Shown here in pieces: positions 12,593 to 26,851 of a stretch of 64,000 nucleotides of DNA. The notes beneath the pieces were generated by a model. It did not search any database. It had not been told where the DNA came from and saw only the letters and a list, made by a program, of their open reading frames with translations. Every line of letters begins with the position of its first letter. Positions within the stretch are counted from its first letter, which is position 1. Origin of the DNA: Eledone cirrhosa (taxonomy: Eukaryota); the NCBI GenBank assembly GCA_964016885.1, contig OZ024743.1:108810001-108874000 (forward strand), in the 5' to 3' direction. Both the position numbers and the translations under genes were made by a program.

Positions 12593-15169
12593 CTAATGTA
12601 TACGGTTTAAACTACCTGAGCTTTTAGGTTTATAATAGAAGAAGGAATTAGAGATAGCATGCGGACAGGAAGAAAATATTTCAGATTTTCTATTAAGCAA
12701 TACGTTCCTAGAGAAAATTATAGAATAGGTCTCTAGAATACAAAGATTACAGAATTTAGCGTGGGTAGAAAGGTGATTAGAGTGGGCTACAATACGCCAA
12801 TGCAGACTGTATGGTATACCATTCCCTTTTAAATCCCAAATATGGTGTGCCAAAGAAGTTGAGTTTTTAAATTTGGTATGCTTAAAATTAGAAACATGTG
12901 AATTAAATCTAGTTTTAAAAGATGTGGAGCCTATGTATGTTTTACAAGAAGAATTAGTCTTAACATCACATGCATAAACAATATTTCTAGAGAGGCAGTG
13001 GCCATTTAAAGGCATCTATTACTTAATCCACAATTACACTTACGGGTACTAGTTAATAGCTGATTACGCGAAGTAATATTCCTAGGGTTATTAGACAACA
13101 AGACCTGCTCGGGTGGTAAGTTATTAATAGAACTATCTAGATTATTGGTAAGTAAAGAGCAGTAGCTGTCCCTAATCTTCTTATTATTAGTGCTAGCTAG
13201 ATGTGAACTATGTTAGGGGTAGTAGAAAATGAGAGTTTAATTACATTCTTATTAAAGATACTATGATATTTATTAGCAGAAGGGAAATTTTTCTCTAAAA
13301 TAGAAAAGAAAGACCTAGTGATATTAGTTAGTACATCATAGTTATAGGGTGGGTTGAAGTAGGTATTAAGCCTTCTCCTATTCCTACCTTTACTATTTCT
13401 ATTACGTATCTTATTTATAGGATCAAGGTTTATGTGAGGACCAATTGAATTAACACTATTAGAAACCGCTATAACATTACCACTGGGTGTACGTTCAGAG
13501 CGTCTATCCTGTTCATTAAAACTAATCTCAAAAAACGTACCATTAGACACTCTATTATAATTAATATTGCGGTTGTTATACATAGGGTTCGGTTTGGATA
13601 TATTTATAAGATTTCTATGGTTCCTATGTTTTCTACCCCCATTAAAGGCCATATTGTGGGATATCACGTTATTATAGGTACGCGGAGTCGTTTCAAGGTT
13701 GTCATCTTTATAATGTAGTCTACCAGTGTAACCAGAGTTATCTAGGGCATTATTATAATACTCAGCATGTGAATTAAAAATTCCTATATCCTTAGAGAGT
13801 GTGGAGATTCGATTAGATACACCGTTAATAATAGAACTAATCATAGATTTAGGGTGGTTGGAATTATGATTAACGTAAGAGAGTGTCTCATTTGGCTTGT
13901 GGAAGGGTTTATAATTATTAGTGACTAAGTCCAAAGTCACATCTAAAAAAATAACTGCTCTATCGTTCTTATCAATCGTGATCGAATTGTTGACATTTTA
14001 AAAATATGTATATAACTTCTTCCTATTATGTTCAATGCTATTAGTACTAGAGTTTATCACAAACAATGCATCATCACAATAAAGTCTACCTTTAAGGTGC
14101 GGAAAGTTAACATAAAGCTCGTTTAAGAGGTACAGCCCAACAAGATCAGTCACCTGCGCAGAATCACTCGAACCCATGGTGACGTCAAAGTTATTGGGTG
14201 TGTTCTTACGCGCCCAAAATGTATCCTCGAATTTGATGATAGTCCTACGGGCCGCTAGTATAACATCAATCTGGGGTCGCGTAAGAATAGACATTCGCAT
14301 GGCCATAATTATGGCTTTATTGAGGAGGATAGGTGAAATCGACCATTAAGAGGCGTCGATATCAAACTGGATAAAGCTACTAGACTTAAGCTTATTAATA
14401 CTAGAGAACCAATTAATAACATCTATAGTATTACCCCATAGATTAAAATGAACCTTGTCCCTAATGGTAGGAATAATCTGGTCAAGAATTTTCTTACTAA
14501 TTATAGCTATATCAGACTTAGAAGGACTGATAAGTCTAACAGTAGGATTACTTAAGAAGTCTACTTTATGATCCTTATGTGTGAATCTCGGTTCCCTAGG
14601 GTAATATGGTTGGGTATACTTATCCAGAGCCAGACTCGAAACTATTTTGAGGCCCTCATTATTAATTTGATCCAAATTATCCTGCGTTGTTTTTTTGTAA
14701 TTTTTATGTAGCTCCTTATAAATAAAGTTACGGTAGGCAATTTAATCCATAGAGTAAAGATTCTTAGTCTTGTCAGCCGGGACGTGTATAGACTCATTCC
14801 CTTTAAAATCCTTAACAATATTCTTAAGTTTAGACTGGAACCTGCCAAATTTATTATAGTTCCCATATTTATTATGCCGCTTATATTTAATATTTTTGAC
14901 AAGGGAAAGTAAATCGTTCTCAAAACTATCCAATAGAACATTATGCGGTGAACATTATGCGGTGAACATTAAGTCTTGAAGCCAAAGTTATTAAATGGAG
15001 GTTTATCCCGGGGGTTAATCCTATTCCTATTACTATCAAAATGGAATGCACGCCATCTAATCCGTTTTACGAAAGAGTTAACGCTGGCAATCAAGAGTTT
15101 TTCATAAGTATTTCTAGAGGGGATGGGAATATTCTTCAGAGATAAAAGCAAGTAGCTCTTTGTTAGCAT
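12593..15169 (-). pseudogene. PLE RT-GIY-YIG with frameshifts and stops
   Basis: SLKNIPIPS, VPADKTKNLY, VRLISPSKSDI, FIQFDI, FDVTMGSSDSAQV, LYCDDAL, YFNPPYN, IVYAC...YIGST, CNLC. Confidence 0.9.
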
Positions 15170-15340
15170 ACTGTCAGATGTATATAAAGGCCAAAAAACC
15201 AGTATATAGGATAAAGCTCAACCAATAGGGAGCCGTAATAAGATAAAAACACTTGAGTGCATTAGAGTTAAACACACTTGTCGTATTAGAGAAATGACAG
15301 TATAAGATATAGCTCAATGTTATCCAAAAGAGCCGAAAAA

Positions 15341-15416
<76 letters not shown>

Positions 15417-15417
15417 G

Positions 15418-15520
<103 letters not shown>

Positions 15521-15639
15521 GTGTATATATATATATATACATATATACATGTGTATGTGTATAAATATATATGTTTGTATATATATATATGTATATATAT
15601 ATATATGTATATACGTATATATAAATATATATATATATG

Positions 15640-15930
15640 TTGAAACTAGTACAGCGTTCCTTTGTCAGTGTTGAACAAACGAGCAACGATGGTTGCTAGA
15701 CACTCGGCTTAATACTGGATGCTTGTTTACAAAGACACCGAACATTATAATAAATGTTCGGTGAATCCATACGTACACACATATATATATATGTGTGCAT
15801 GTGTGTATATATATATACATACTACTGTACGTCTGTATACATATATGTATGTACGTGTACATACTTATATTTAAGTAAGAGCCGTATTAAGAGAGGGAAA
15901 TGAAATTTCGTTTCATTTTTTCCGTTTATA
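15640..15930 (+). repeat. Diverged partial copy of the 441-bp HHR repeat unit
   Basis: Starts TTGAAACTAGTACA and continues with similarity to 29712-29995. Confidence 0.75.
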
Positions 15931-15982
15931 TATATATATATATATATATTCCGTTTATTTATATATATTTATATATATATAA

Positions 15983-16051
<69 letters not shown>

Positions 16052-16070
16052 GTGTATATATATATATGTA

Positions 16071-16136
<66 letters not shown>

Positions 16137-16515
16137 TGTGTGTGTGTGAATGTGTCTGTTGACACCTGGAATTTAGCTTAAGAGAAACATGATGATATTG
16201 ATATGATAGGGACTCAATATTTTGAAATGGCTTATATAATTCTCTTGGCTTTGTCACTCTAATTATAAATTATAGCCTTAAAGAATTAGCTTTTAATGAA
16301 TTCCCTTTTCTCTTAACCAATGACCTCCACCCATCCCACTAGCCACCCTCTTCAACTACCTGAAAATATATAAATACCACAACATTTCTTTTTGGAATGC
16401 GAGATTCCTGATGATTTGTAAAGAATGAAACAGTTCTAGTCCTGTGGAATCTCATATATATTAAAACTGTTATACTCTGCTATGGTTACCTCCGATTCAA
16501 CCCGTAATAACTTAC

Positions 16516-16550
<35 letters not shown>

Positions 16551-16553
<3 letters not shown>

Positions 16554-16938
16554 TGGCTGCCAACTCGTTTTCGAGTACGGCCACTACTTTATATCCATGT
16601 AGGAGACCCCTACCGATGCGCTGAACGAGTGTGACTTTTTAGTCCAGCCAGCGACTTGAAAACTCTGGTACGAACACTACACCTGTTACAATTATTGACA
16701 CATACTGCTGGGCCCATGGTACCATGTGACGACAAGTGCAGAGAGATCTCCAGATATAAAGCAATGCTTGTGCCGTGAAGCTTTTATAGTGAGCAAAGGC
16801 ACTGCACAAAGCCAGTCCCACTCTCTTAACCAAGATGATATTTACCAAAAAGAAGAACAAGTCAACATCATTGGATACCATCAGAGTTGCAGGTGTTATA
16901 TCAGAGTTTTCCTTCTCCTAGAATTCTGCCTTGACAAA
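16551..16938 (+). mobile_element. Repeat resembling an RTE LINE 5' UTR
   Basis: Near-identical to 19287-19675 and 28015-28402(-); contains AGTTTTCCTTCTCCTAGA, as recalled from RTE 5' UTRs. Confidence 0.6.
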
Positions 16939-16974
16939 TATATATATATATGTATATATCTATCTATCTATCTA

Positions 16975-17373
16975 AGGCGGGTAAAATTCCCGAGATCCAT
17001 GGACGAGTTCTCTCCAGCGGTCTCTGTCCCTCATTATCGCTGCCATATCCTGCATCTCCAACAGACCAGTGTCTGTCCTTAGGGCATCAACATATGTTAA
17101 ACTTGGTCTTCCTCTTCTAGTGTGTCCATGTAGGGGCTCCCAAAGGAGCACTGAGTGCAATGTCAACTCTGGATGTCGGTGAGCATGTCCAGCCAAACTC
17201 AGTCTCCTCTGTGTCACTTTTGAGCTGACTTTTGGGATGCTCCCATACAGCTCTGAGTTTTTCATCCTCAGTGTATACTGATTAATGTTCAGAGCCATCC
17301 TCAGCATTCTCGTGTAGCACCCATCCACCATCTGAGTGAGTCTCTTGGTCAGTGTCCAAGTCTCAGACCCATA
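16975..17373 (-). mobile_element. RTE-clade LINE 3' fragment
   Basis: YGSETWTLTK...YTRMLRMAL...RLSLAGHAHRH...LLWEP..G..RRGRP..DR..WR, followed by a (TAGA)n tail. Confidence 0.88.
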
Positions 17374-17375
17374 CA

Positions 17376-17409
<34 letters not shown>

Positions 17410-17425
17410 ACGCTAAGCTCTGTAA

Positions 17426-17483
<58 letters not shown>

Positions 17484-18900
17484 ATACAGAGCTTAGCGTT
17501 GCTTTGAAAATTATCTTTGTTCATAAAAAGCGGAGAATTTGAAAATGTGGTAGTGAAATAGAACTTCCGCCGTATTTTGACTAAGTAAATTAGCCTAATA
17601 GGTGACGTATTTGTGTAAGGATAACACAATGGTCATGATACCCAAAGATATGGCTTCATGTCCCATGTACATCAATGCTCATCCGTTTTCCAATCTGGGG
17701 GTTTTTACAACTTCAACTTTTAGGTTAATTTGCTTAATCCATATTACGGTAGAAGCTCTATTTCACTATCTAATTACACGGTATATTTACGCTGAAGTGA
17801 ATTCTCATACTAAATAAATATTTCAAATAAACATGTATCGCGCATAATTTATGCGATTTAGTTTCAAACCGGAATTATATGCCAGGTGCCCACTAAAGCA
17901 AAATAAATTCTTTCTAAAGAAGGAAACTCACAGTATCCTTTACAAAATAGATACACTTGTAAAGAAAGAATACTGAGGAGTTGGTGATGTAAAATACTCT
18001 AAAGGTGAATGCATGGTTTTTAAAATAGCCAAAACGTCATATTATGTGGAAGTAGTGCAGTTTGTGTTATCGACCCAATTATTTGAATTACACTTATATC
18101 ACAGACACAAAACTGCATCTATGTTTAGAGATGTAACTCCAGATGAAATCGTATAGACAACTTACTGACGTACGACGTGTGATGTATACTTTAAACTTGA
18201 CAAAGCTCAAACTCTACACATGTCTAAACAGCCAATTTCTACCATAAAAGGAAAGAAAGAAAGATGGTGATAGAAAAAAGGCGCGAAAGACATATAAAGG
18301 AAGAATAGGTCCCAATAGTGAATTGGTAGTTTATGTATCGACGTCGAAATGATGGAATGATATATTGACCTCGACATGATTTCATTTCAGAGAACGAAGA
18401 AATCCTGAACGAATACTGCACATCATTGTCTATTTCTTCTGCTAGAAGAAGAATGAAAGGTAAATTCGATTTCATTTAGCTTTCTTCCCGTAACTTAAGG
18501 GTATATAATTAGATAGCGGATGTAATCTTAGCCGGCATGCTAACGATTATGTTTTCGACTCCTGTTGAGCGACAATAAACACAACAATTACTTAGTTATA
18601 GAAAATTATAGAATATTGAAACATTAAAAAATATAAGCCGCTGCTTCCTTTCCTTTTTTTTTTTCTTTAATTTGAATTGACTGAAATATTCCAGACGGCA
18701 GCTACAACTATATATATCATTATAATGAGTGACATATGTATTAATTAAACGTATTCATTCCTTAAACTATGTCAATCTGTGAGATTTTAATTGACATCCC
18801 ATTATATATGGTAACATATCACTGAAGATATTTCCCACAGATTCACACATGCACCCACCCCTACATCCATTTCAAATAAACACACACACAGACACATATA

Positions 18901-18908
18901 CAGAGAGA

Positions 18909-18988
<80 letters not shown>
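18901..18988. repeat. (GA)n microsatellite
   Basis: Direct reading. Confidence 0.95.
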
Positions 18989-18991
<3 letters not shown>

Positions 18992-19286
18992 CTCTAAGAT
19001 ACGTTCAACTACAGTATAGAGGTGGGCCAGGTGCTACAGAAACTGACATGAGACTGGTATTTCATATTCTATCACAATAACTTAGCGAATATGTGTGTGT
19101 GTGTGTTCGTAGGTGAGTGAATGTTTGTATATATATATATATGTGTGTATGTGGTTTACATATACATTCATACATACATACATAAATACACACAAACACA
19201 CACATACACACACATATCTATATATATAAATATATATATATATATATAAATATATATATATATGCATACATACATTCATATATACA

Positions 19287-19883
19287 TGGTGGCTGCCAAC
19301 TCGTTTTCGAGTACGGCCACTACTTTACATCCATGTAGGAGAACCCCTACCGATGCGCTGAACAAGTGTGACTTTTTAGTCCAGCCAGCGACTTGAAAAC
19401 TCTGGTACAAACACTACACCTGTGACAATTATTGACACATAGTGCTGGGCCCATGGTACCATGTGACGACAAGTGCAGAGAGATCTCCAGATATAAAGCA
19501 ATGCCTGTGCCGTGAAGCTTTTATAGTGAGCAAAGGCACTGCACAAAGCCAGTCCCACTCTCTTAACCAAGATAATATTTACCAAAAAGAAGAACATGTC
19601 AACATCATTGGATTCCATCAGGGTTGCAGGTGTTATATCAGAGTTTTCCTTCTCCTAGAATTCTGCCTTCACAAAGGCTAAGGGTTCATCTCTCCCGGTG
19701 ATTTTGGATGGCCATTGACTCTTAAGAGCTCCTTTGCCCTTTGACAGGTTTTGTTTTTAGTCCTGCAGGATGTCCAAAGTCACCCTCCTCACCAAGAAAC
19801 CTTTGTGGGGTTGCCAGTTTAGTCGCCAGCGACCCGACCATGTTACAGGTTGTACTGGGATGCATGTTACCAGTAGCACCAAC
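19287..19883 (+). mobile_element. RTE-5'UTR-like repeat, longer copy
   Basis: Same start TGGTGGCTGCCAACTCG; includes GGGGTTGCCAGTTTAGTCGCCAGCGACCC. Confidence 0.65.
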
Positions 19884-20057
19884 ATAGACATATACATATC
19901 TATATACATACATACACACACACAGACATAGATGCCTGTCTACACACGTACATACACATGCACATACATACACACACATACATATGGATGCCTACACACA
20001 TACAATCAAATGACAATATTCCAACCACGGACTCAATACATGGTGTCTCATCGTTAG

Positions 20058-20553
20058 TAGTGGTGGTGGTTGGGTGTAGTGGTTGATGGCGGTGATGGAG
20101 TTGGCGTCTAGTAGTTAATGGTGTTGATGGTTGGCTGCAGTGGTTGATGGCGGTGATGGTTGGCTGCAGTTGTTGATGATGGTGATGGTTGGCTGTAGTT
20201 GACGATGGTGGTGATGGTTGGCAGTGGTGCTCGTGGTTTATGGTGATGTTTGTTCTAATTGATGATGGTAGTGCTTGTTGATGGTAGCAATGATGGCGGC
20301 TGAGTGTTGTTGCTAACAGGAGTAGAGGTTAGGTGTTAACGGCGGCGGTGGTGGTAGCGGTTAGTAGTGGTTAGGTGTTAATGGCGGTGGTAGTGTTAGT
20401 GGTTTGTGGCTTCTGATGGTAGTGGTTAGGTGTTAATAGTGGCGGTAGTGGTTTGTGGCTTCTGGTGGTAGTGGTTAGGTGTTAATGGTGGTGGTGGCGG
20501 TAGTGGTTAGTAGCGGTTAGGTGTTAACGGCGGTAGTAGCGGTTAGGTGTTAA
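20058..20553. repeat. GGT-rich degenerate minisatellite
   Basis: Repeated GATGGTTGGCTGCAGT and TAGTGGTTAGGTGTTAA units. Confidence 0.85.
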
Positions 20554-20640
20554 TATATACATACATACCTACATACATGCATACATACATACATATATAT
20601 AAGAAAGTAGTTTCAGATGTTAAAGTCCTTTAATGATAAT

Positions 20641-20715
20641 GCTGTGATACATATTTCAATGACGACAGTGGCCACACACTTCGGTGTACCCAGTGCCGTG
20701 ACATCATCAGAGAGC
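20641..20715 (-). ncRNA. Hammerhead ribozyme, extended stem II
   Basis: Reverse strand: gctct-CTGATGA-46 nt stem II-GAAA-tatgta-TC-acagc. Confidence 0.78.
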
Positions 20716-22044
20716 TTCTTACATAATAAGGTTATGTTTCCGCGGCAATCCAAATTGACTCGACAAGGGAACGGACAAAGCGTGTGCTCTTGAATCCTTC
20801 GCCCGTTCCCTTGTGAGTCCCAATTCCCCCCGACCGGTCTGCTCAGGCGCAAGTCCGAAGGAAGTTGACCATCAACTGCCCCAAAGTTCTACGAAACTCG
20901 CCTTGGCAGGTCCCCCTCTTAACCAAACATTCACCCATCCAGGTCTGTAATATGACACGGTTATAGTTTACTGCTATTCCCCCGCCAGTGGCAGTTGGCC
21001 GAAACCTAGTGGGGGTGGGATTGTTTGAGTTTCAATAGGTTCAATACTACCCCTAAATTAAGCATGGACAATAGAATTGACCATCACCAGCTAAGATAAT
21101 ATATACTTAGGTATTATTGTTGCACAGTGGAAATTATGATTGAAAATTAGAAATTAACCACTTATACTCTCATTTCCATACAGTTTGCCTTCCTCGTATA
21201 TGTTTCTCATATATATCTCCTATCTCATTTTACATATATATCTCCTATCTCATTTTCATCTATGTATTTTTTTGTATTATTTGTATTTTATATTTGTATT
21301 TTTTGTTTTGTTTCATGTGATAGAGATATTAACTATATATTTGCCTAATTACTACGTTTCATACTGTAATTTACCCTCCGTTCTACTGTACGGTACTATC
21401 ATTCAATATATGGATAATATATCTCTAATATTGATCCCCCTTTCAAAACTTCTTACTATAATTTAAACATGTCCCTATTTATTAGTTAGTATACGTACAT
21501 ATTTTTTTACTTACTTCAATCAAGATTTTAACTTGTAATTTTTTTTAATTTTTAATTTTTTTAATTTTTAATTTTTAATTTTTAATTTTTAAGTTTTAAT
21601 TTCTAATTTTCAATCATAATTTCCACAGTGCAACCATAATACATATAAATAAGTATATATTCTCTTAGCAGATGATGGTCAATTCTATTGTCCATGCTTA
21701 ATTTAGGGGTAGTATTGAGTCCTATTGAAACTCATACTCTCCCACTCCACTAGCTTTCGGCCAACTGCCACTGGCGGGGGAATAGCAGTAAACTATAACC
21801 GTGTCATATTACAGACCTGGATGGGGTGATTGTTTGGTTAAGAGGGGGACCTGCCAAGGCGAATTTTGTAGAACTTTGGGAAAGTTGATGGTCAACTACC
21901 TTCGCGGTTGCGCCTACGCAGACCGGTGGGGTTGAATTGGGACTCACAAGGGAACGGGCGAAGGATTCAAGAGCACACGCTTTGTCCGTTCCCTTGTCGA
22001 TTCAATTTGGATTGCCGCGGAAACATAACATTATTATGTAAGAA

Positions 22045-22119
22045 GCTGTCTGATGATGTCACGGCACTGGGTACACCGAAGCGTGTGGCCACTGTCGTCA
22101 TTGAAATATGTATCACAGC
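22045..22119 (+). ncRNA. Hammerhead ribozyme, extended stem II
   Basis: gctgt-CTGATGA-...acggca.tgg..acac-loop-gtgt..cca.tgtcgt...-GAAA-tatgta-TC-acagc; perfect stem I. Confidence 0.82.
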
Positions 22120-22315
22120 ATTATCACTAAAGTACTTTAACATCTGATTACTTCGGTTTTTCTTATTCGATATATACTCCGTCACTCCTATGTGGAAAAA
22201 GTACGTTGAGTGCTTGGATTGAATTGCATCAACATTTACCTTATGTATATATATATATATACATACATACCTATATACCTACATACTTGCATGCATACAC
22301 ACGTACACCCCCCCC

Positions 22316-22385
<70 letters not shown>

Positions 22386-22709
22386 ATACATGACTGTATA
22401 TATTTAAAAAAATACTCAATGAAAAAGATATTCATTAGCACCTATATTTAAAACACCTATAAAGCACTCGCATATATGTTATTTCCTGGAGTTGGAACAC
22501 TCAGAATATTTCAAATAAATATTAATTTTCTAATCAAGCATCTTCATTCTGATTATAAACGTGTTACTTCATAAATCAGTAATTATTAAATATTTGTGGC
22601 GTAAACTTATGTCAGTGGGGAATGTGAGAGTTTGTATGTATGAATGTATGTATCTATATGTATGTGTATGTTTATATGTAGGTATGTACGTATTCACATT
22701 TGTACGTAC

Positions 22710-22745
<36 letters not shown>

Positions 22746-22829
22746 GTACGTACAAATATGCATACGTACATACCTACATATAAACATATACATAAATATG
22801 CATACATATAAACATACACATAAATATAC

Positions 22830-22863
<34 letters not shown>

Positions 22864-23543
22864 TTGTGTGTGTGTGTATGTGTGTGTGTGTCTGTCTATG
22901 TGTAAGTGTGTGTGTCTATGTGTGTGTGTACGTGTGTGTGTGTGTGTGTGAGTGTGTGTGTCTCTGTGTGTGTGTGTGTGTACGTAAGTATAATATATAT
23001 ATATGAATGTATTTATGGATGACATTTATGTATGTAATGTATGTATGTGTGTGACTATGAATGTGACCGCGTAATATGATAATTGACAACAATTAAATTA
23101 ATCAAATTCTGTGTGAATTGATTAAATATCGACACAAGATTGAGGGAAAGATAAATAAAGATTCAATTAATTAAGGTAAGCAGAAGTTAATCAAATTCAT
23201 TTTATCGCAATATTTGACGAGTCACTGATACATTTTGTTGTAGGACTAATGTATGAAATCTGAAATAGATATAAATTAATTATACTATACACTTGTTTAA
23301 TAGACAAGGACTATCTGGTAATATAGTATGTGTATATAACACACAGGTCAAATGTGAGTAAGCCGAGACATCCAAACTGATTTGAAATCTGGTTTTTCGA
23401 AATGTTCAAACCTAGAATGACTCAATATGAAATTGAATGCTTTTACTACAAGTGAAAGCACAATAGAACCAAAATTCATTTCACCTATAGAACAAATCAA
23501 ATATGTATATACAATGGTTTATATATTACTGATGTACATATAC

Positions 23544-23591
<48 letters not shown>

Positions 23592-23765
23592 GTACAATAT
23601 GTTGAAAAGGTAACACACCAGAGAGAGATTTACAGTGCCCTATCAATAAAACAGGGAAAAAAAACCACCAGTGTATGGAATCTATAACCTATGAAAGGCA
23701 GACTATAGACACGATAATTAAAAATATAAATTAAAGCGTAAATAAATACCTCTATAACTATATAT

Positions 23766-23857
23766 CACACGTACAAATCCAAAGATACCAATCCAAAGAC
23801 AGGTTTCACCAGCAATTTGTTGAAAGAAATGGGTCAGCCTCGGTTCATCAGCGTGTG
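23766..23857 (-). ncRNA. Hammerhead motif in an orphan PLE-like terminus
   Basis: Reverse strand: cacacg-CTGATGA-acc...ggt-GAAA-c...g-TA-cgtgtg; 6-bp stem I, enlarged loop III. Confidence 0.68.
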
Positions 23858-23948
23858 TAAGGCTATACATTTCAGACAACACTAAGAGAATTTTAAAAGT
23901 GACTGTCCAGCTACACGTGGGAGAGAGAAGTCATCAGAGAAGTCATCA

Positions 23949-26829
23949 GAGCTCAAGCCGTTTCGACGGCTAATTCTGGACTAAATAAAAATGCCTGGTA
24001 AGTGAATAGCCGAACTTCTCAGGGGATAATTCCATATATGGTAAAAGTGATTGTCACAAGGATTGGTCACAAGTTTGTTGTTAAGACATATGATTCTATC
24101 ATGGCATTTTGTGGAAGGTAGGGGTAGCTGAACTTGCCAGTAGAAGAAAGAGGGAGATGGAGTGGAGGAAACCCAGTCAAGCGTTGAAAGTGAAAACTAC
24201 AGCAGATTGTAAGGATAATCTATAGAAGGTTGACACTTTTCGACAACTCAAAATGGATAAAGAGAGCTCCCGACTACCCCTTCGACGTCAGTATGGGCGC
24301 GATTGATTCGGCTAAGGTCACAGATCATATAGTATTATTCCTACTATTTAAACTCACCTATATGTTTCCTGCATTCGGCGGTGGATTGTACCGTGTTGAT
24401 GGGCTCCTTACCCTCAAATGGTACAACCCCAGTAGTACAGACCGGGTCCGTAAACAATTAATCAGCTTCTTCCGCGACTGAGGATTTAAAATAACCCTAC
24501 AAACGTCCCCAACCCGAGTACACTTCCTGGACGTTACACTTAACCTCGATAACGATCTGTACTACCCATACAGGAAACCAAGCGACAACCTACACTGCAT
24601 CCACCGCCGGTCGAACCATCCTAGAAACATCACCAATAACCTGGTTAAAAACCTCTCCATCCGCATATCTCGTTTGTCCGCCAATGAGTAGATGTTCGAA
24701 GAACATGCGCCTTATTACAACCAGGCCCTCAAGCGGAGTGGCTTCCGGGAGGAAATATCCTATTGTCCAGCTTCCATTAGCGGAACCAGCAGGCGACACC
24801 GCCGCTCACGCAACATAACGTGGTTCAATCCTCCCCACAATGCCGAGGTGACAACACCTCTAGGGAAAATCTTCTTTACGCTCAAGGAAAAACACTTCCC
24901 ACTACAACACCGCTACCACAACATAATCAATAAAAACACCATCAAACTCTCCTACAGCACCACACTTAACTATGCACAAGACATCGTCTCCTCTAACAAC
25001 AAAAAACTCAATCCCTATGGAAGAAATAACCTAGATAGCAGTGGAGAGCCGACCAGGAGGTGTAACTGTCCTCATGGATCCCTTTTCCCCCTCGACAACG
25101 GATGCAGAGATCGTAATGTGATCTACCAGTACAACGTGAGGACGGACACCTCCAACAAAGCTTATATAGGATTAACCGCTTGTGACTTCAAGACCCGGCT
25201 CTACCAACACAGACATACTTTCCGAAACCCGGCCCGGCGTCCCGCCACTACACTTTCGGGCCACATCTGGCACCTCAAAGATAATAATATAACCTACAAT
25301 CTCCCTTGGAGCTTACTGTCCAGAGCCAACTCTTACACGGGAGGGCGCCGTCCGTGTAACTTATGGTAACTGCATGCAAACGGGAGGGCGCCGTCCGTGT
25401 AACTTATGGTAAATGCATGCAAACACAGATTGCGTAGGACTTACCTCGCCCTCAAACCCCATAATGACCCGGGAGTGTGGGGGTAGACAAGGGCTGAAAC
25501 ACCCCACCTGCCGACTTTGTAAGGGGTAATCCCTGCTTACAAAGGTAGAGGTATTTTTCTATATATTCTTTTTTATATATTTTATCGTTTCTTCTATATT
25601 TCCCTCTTCCCCCCCCCATCCCTTCCTAGTCCTTCCACCCCAGATCTCTTTCTTTGTCGTCGTTCTTTTCACCTTCTCGCCCACCCCGATGCAGCCCTTC
25701 GGTCCTCTGTAGCCTCAGTAACCCCCCCCCCTTATTTTATGATAGAATTGGCCAATTCCACTTTTTATAGCAGATGTGCTACACCCCAGATACTAGCTTT
25801 CTTCTATGGTTGCTGCCCCATATCCGTGATATCTCGATTTCTTAGTGGTATTTCTGCTTTAGTTGCTTGAATATTAGTATTTATTTTTTGGAGATTCTGA
25901 ATTAATATTTCGTATTAGTTTTTCATATATATTGTACGAGTATTTATGTAGATTGTATTAGAATTTATATATTGTAGCAGTATTTATATATATTGTATTA
26001 GTTTTTTTATATATATTGTATGAGTATTTATGTAGATTGTATTAGAATGTATATATTGTAGCAGTACTTTTATATATATTGTATTAGTATTCATGTTTCG
26101 GGGTTCTGAATTAATATTTCGTATTAGTTTCGGGTTCTGAATTAATATTTCGTATTAGTTTTTTAGTATGTTGGTCCTCAACTTATTAACCTGCCATTGC
26201 GAGATATCAATGGCTGATTACTACTAACTATCGTAGTGGTGGTAGACCCTCTGTAATGATGGCCTCATAAAATTATTTCACTACAATCTCGTATTTAGTA
26301 TTCCTTCCCACCTATTAAACATTTCTATAGCTTAGCAGTATCAGTGAGAGATTTGATGATTGTAGAATGGGAGTAGTAACCAGAAATTGTTTTTTATATT
26401 TTTGTATATATTCTTTATATATTTCCTCATTTTTATAATGACTTTTTTGTTTACTCCATTTAGATTTACTTATTGTTTCAACTCCCCACCATCCCCTTCT
26501 CTAGTATACTTTTTGCAACCTTCTATACACTATCCTTAGAATCTGCTGTAGTTTTCACTTTCAACGCTTGACTGGGTTTCCTCCACTCCCTCTCCCACTT
26601 TCTTCTACTGGCAAGTTCAGCTACCACTACCTTCCACAAAATGACATGATAGAATCATATGTCTTAACAACAAACATTTGACCAATCCTTGTGACAATCA
26701 CTTTTACCATATATGGAATTACCCTCTGAGAATTCGGCTTTTCACTTACCATGCTAAACATTTTTATTTAGTCCAGAATTAGCCGTCGAAACGGCTTGAG
26801 CTCAGCCGTCGAAGTCCTACTTGTTCCTA
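23949..26829 (+). mobile_element. Penelope-like element family E (probably Hydra-type), 5'-truncated, with ~285-bp inverted terminus
   Basis: 23949-24232 is the reverse complement of 26516-26803; RT/EN remnants lie between. Confidence 0.9.
24233..25450 (+). pseudogene. PLE RT-GIY-YIG remnant with stops
   Basis: PFDVSMGAIDSAKV, GLYRVDGL, FLDVTL, WFNPPHN, CNCPHG, VIYQY...YIGLT; 43-bp tandem duplication at ~25338-25423. Confidence 0.88.
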
Positions 26830-26851
26830 TATATATATATATATATATATA

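Larger units (their letters stand above)
10900..15340 (-). mobile_element. Near full-length Penelope-like element family F (probably Hydra-type), decayed
   Basis: Fragmented ORF 15169->12593, ~1.7-kb 3' UTR with HHR near the end, (TA)n on both sides. Confidence 0.88.
20601..22245. mobile_element. Non-coding foldback element with ~560-bp inverted arms and outward-facing hammerheads
   Basis: 20601-21157 is the reverse complement of 21597-22164; AT-rich spacer; ~80-nt tail on the right arm only. Confidence 0.87.

Noticed and set aside
16552-16630. HDV-like ribozyme at the start of the RTE-like repeat
   Set aside because: A P1-like stem with G.U is present, but there is no room for P3/L3/P1.1 and the putative P2 partner is not conserved in other copies; a simple hairpin explains it.
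20328-20553. Interstitial telomeric TTAGG repeats
   Set aside because: TTAGG occurs singly within a longer minisatellite unit, not in tandem.
24478-24481. In-frame TGA in family E as selenocysteine
   Set aside because: It aligns to a non-Cys position and the copy also has TAG stops and other decay.
26725-26803. Canonical hammerhead in family E terminus
   Set aside because: The core reads CTGAGAA and stems I/III do not fold convincingly; at most a degenerate or variant motif.
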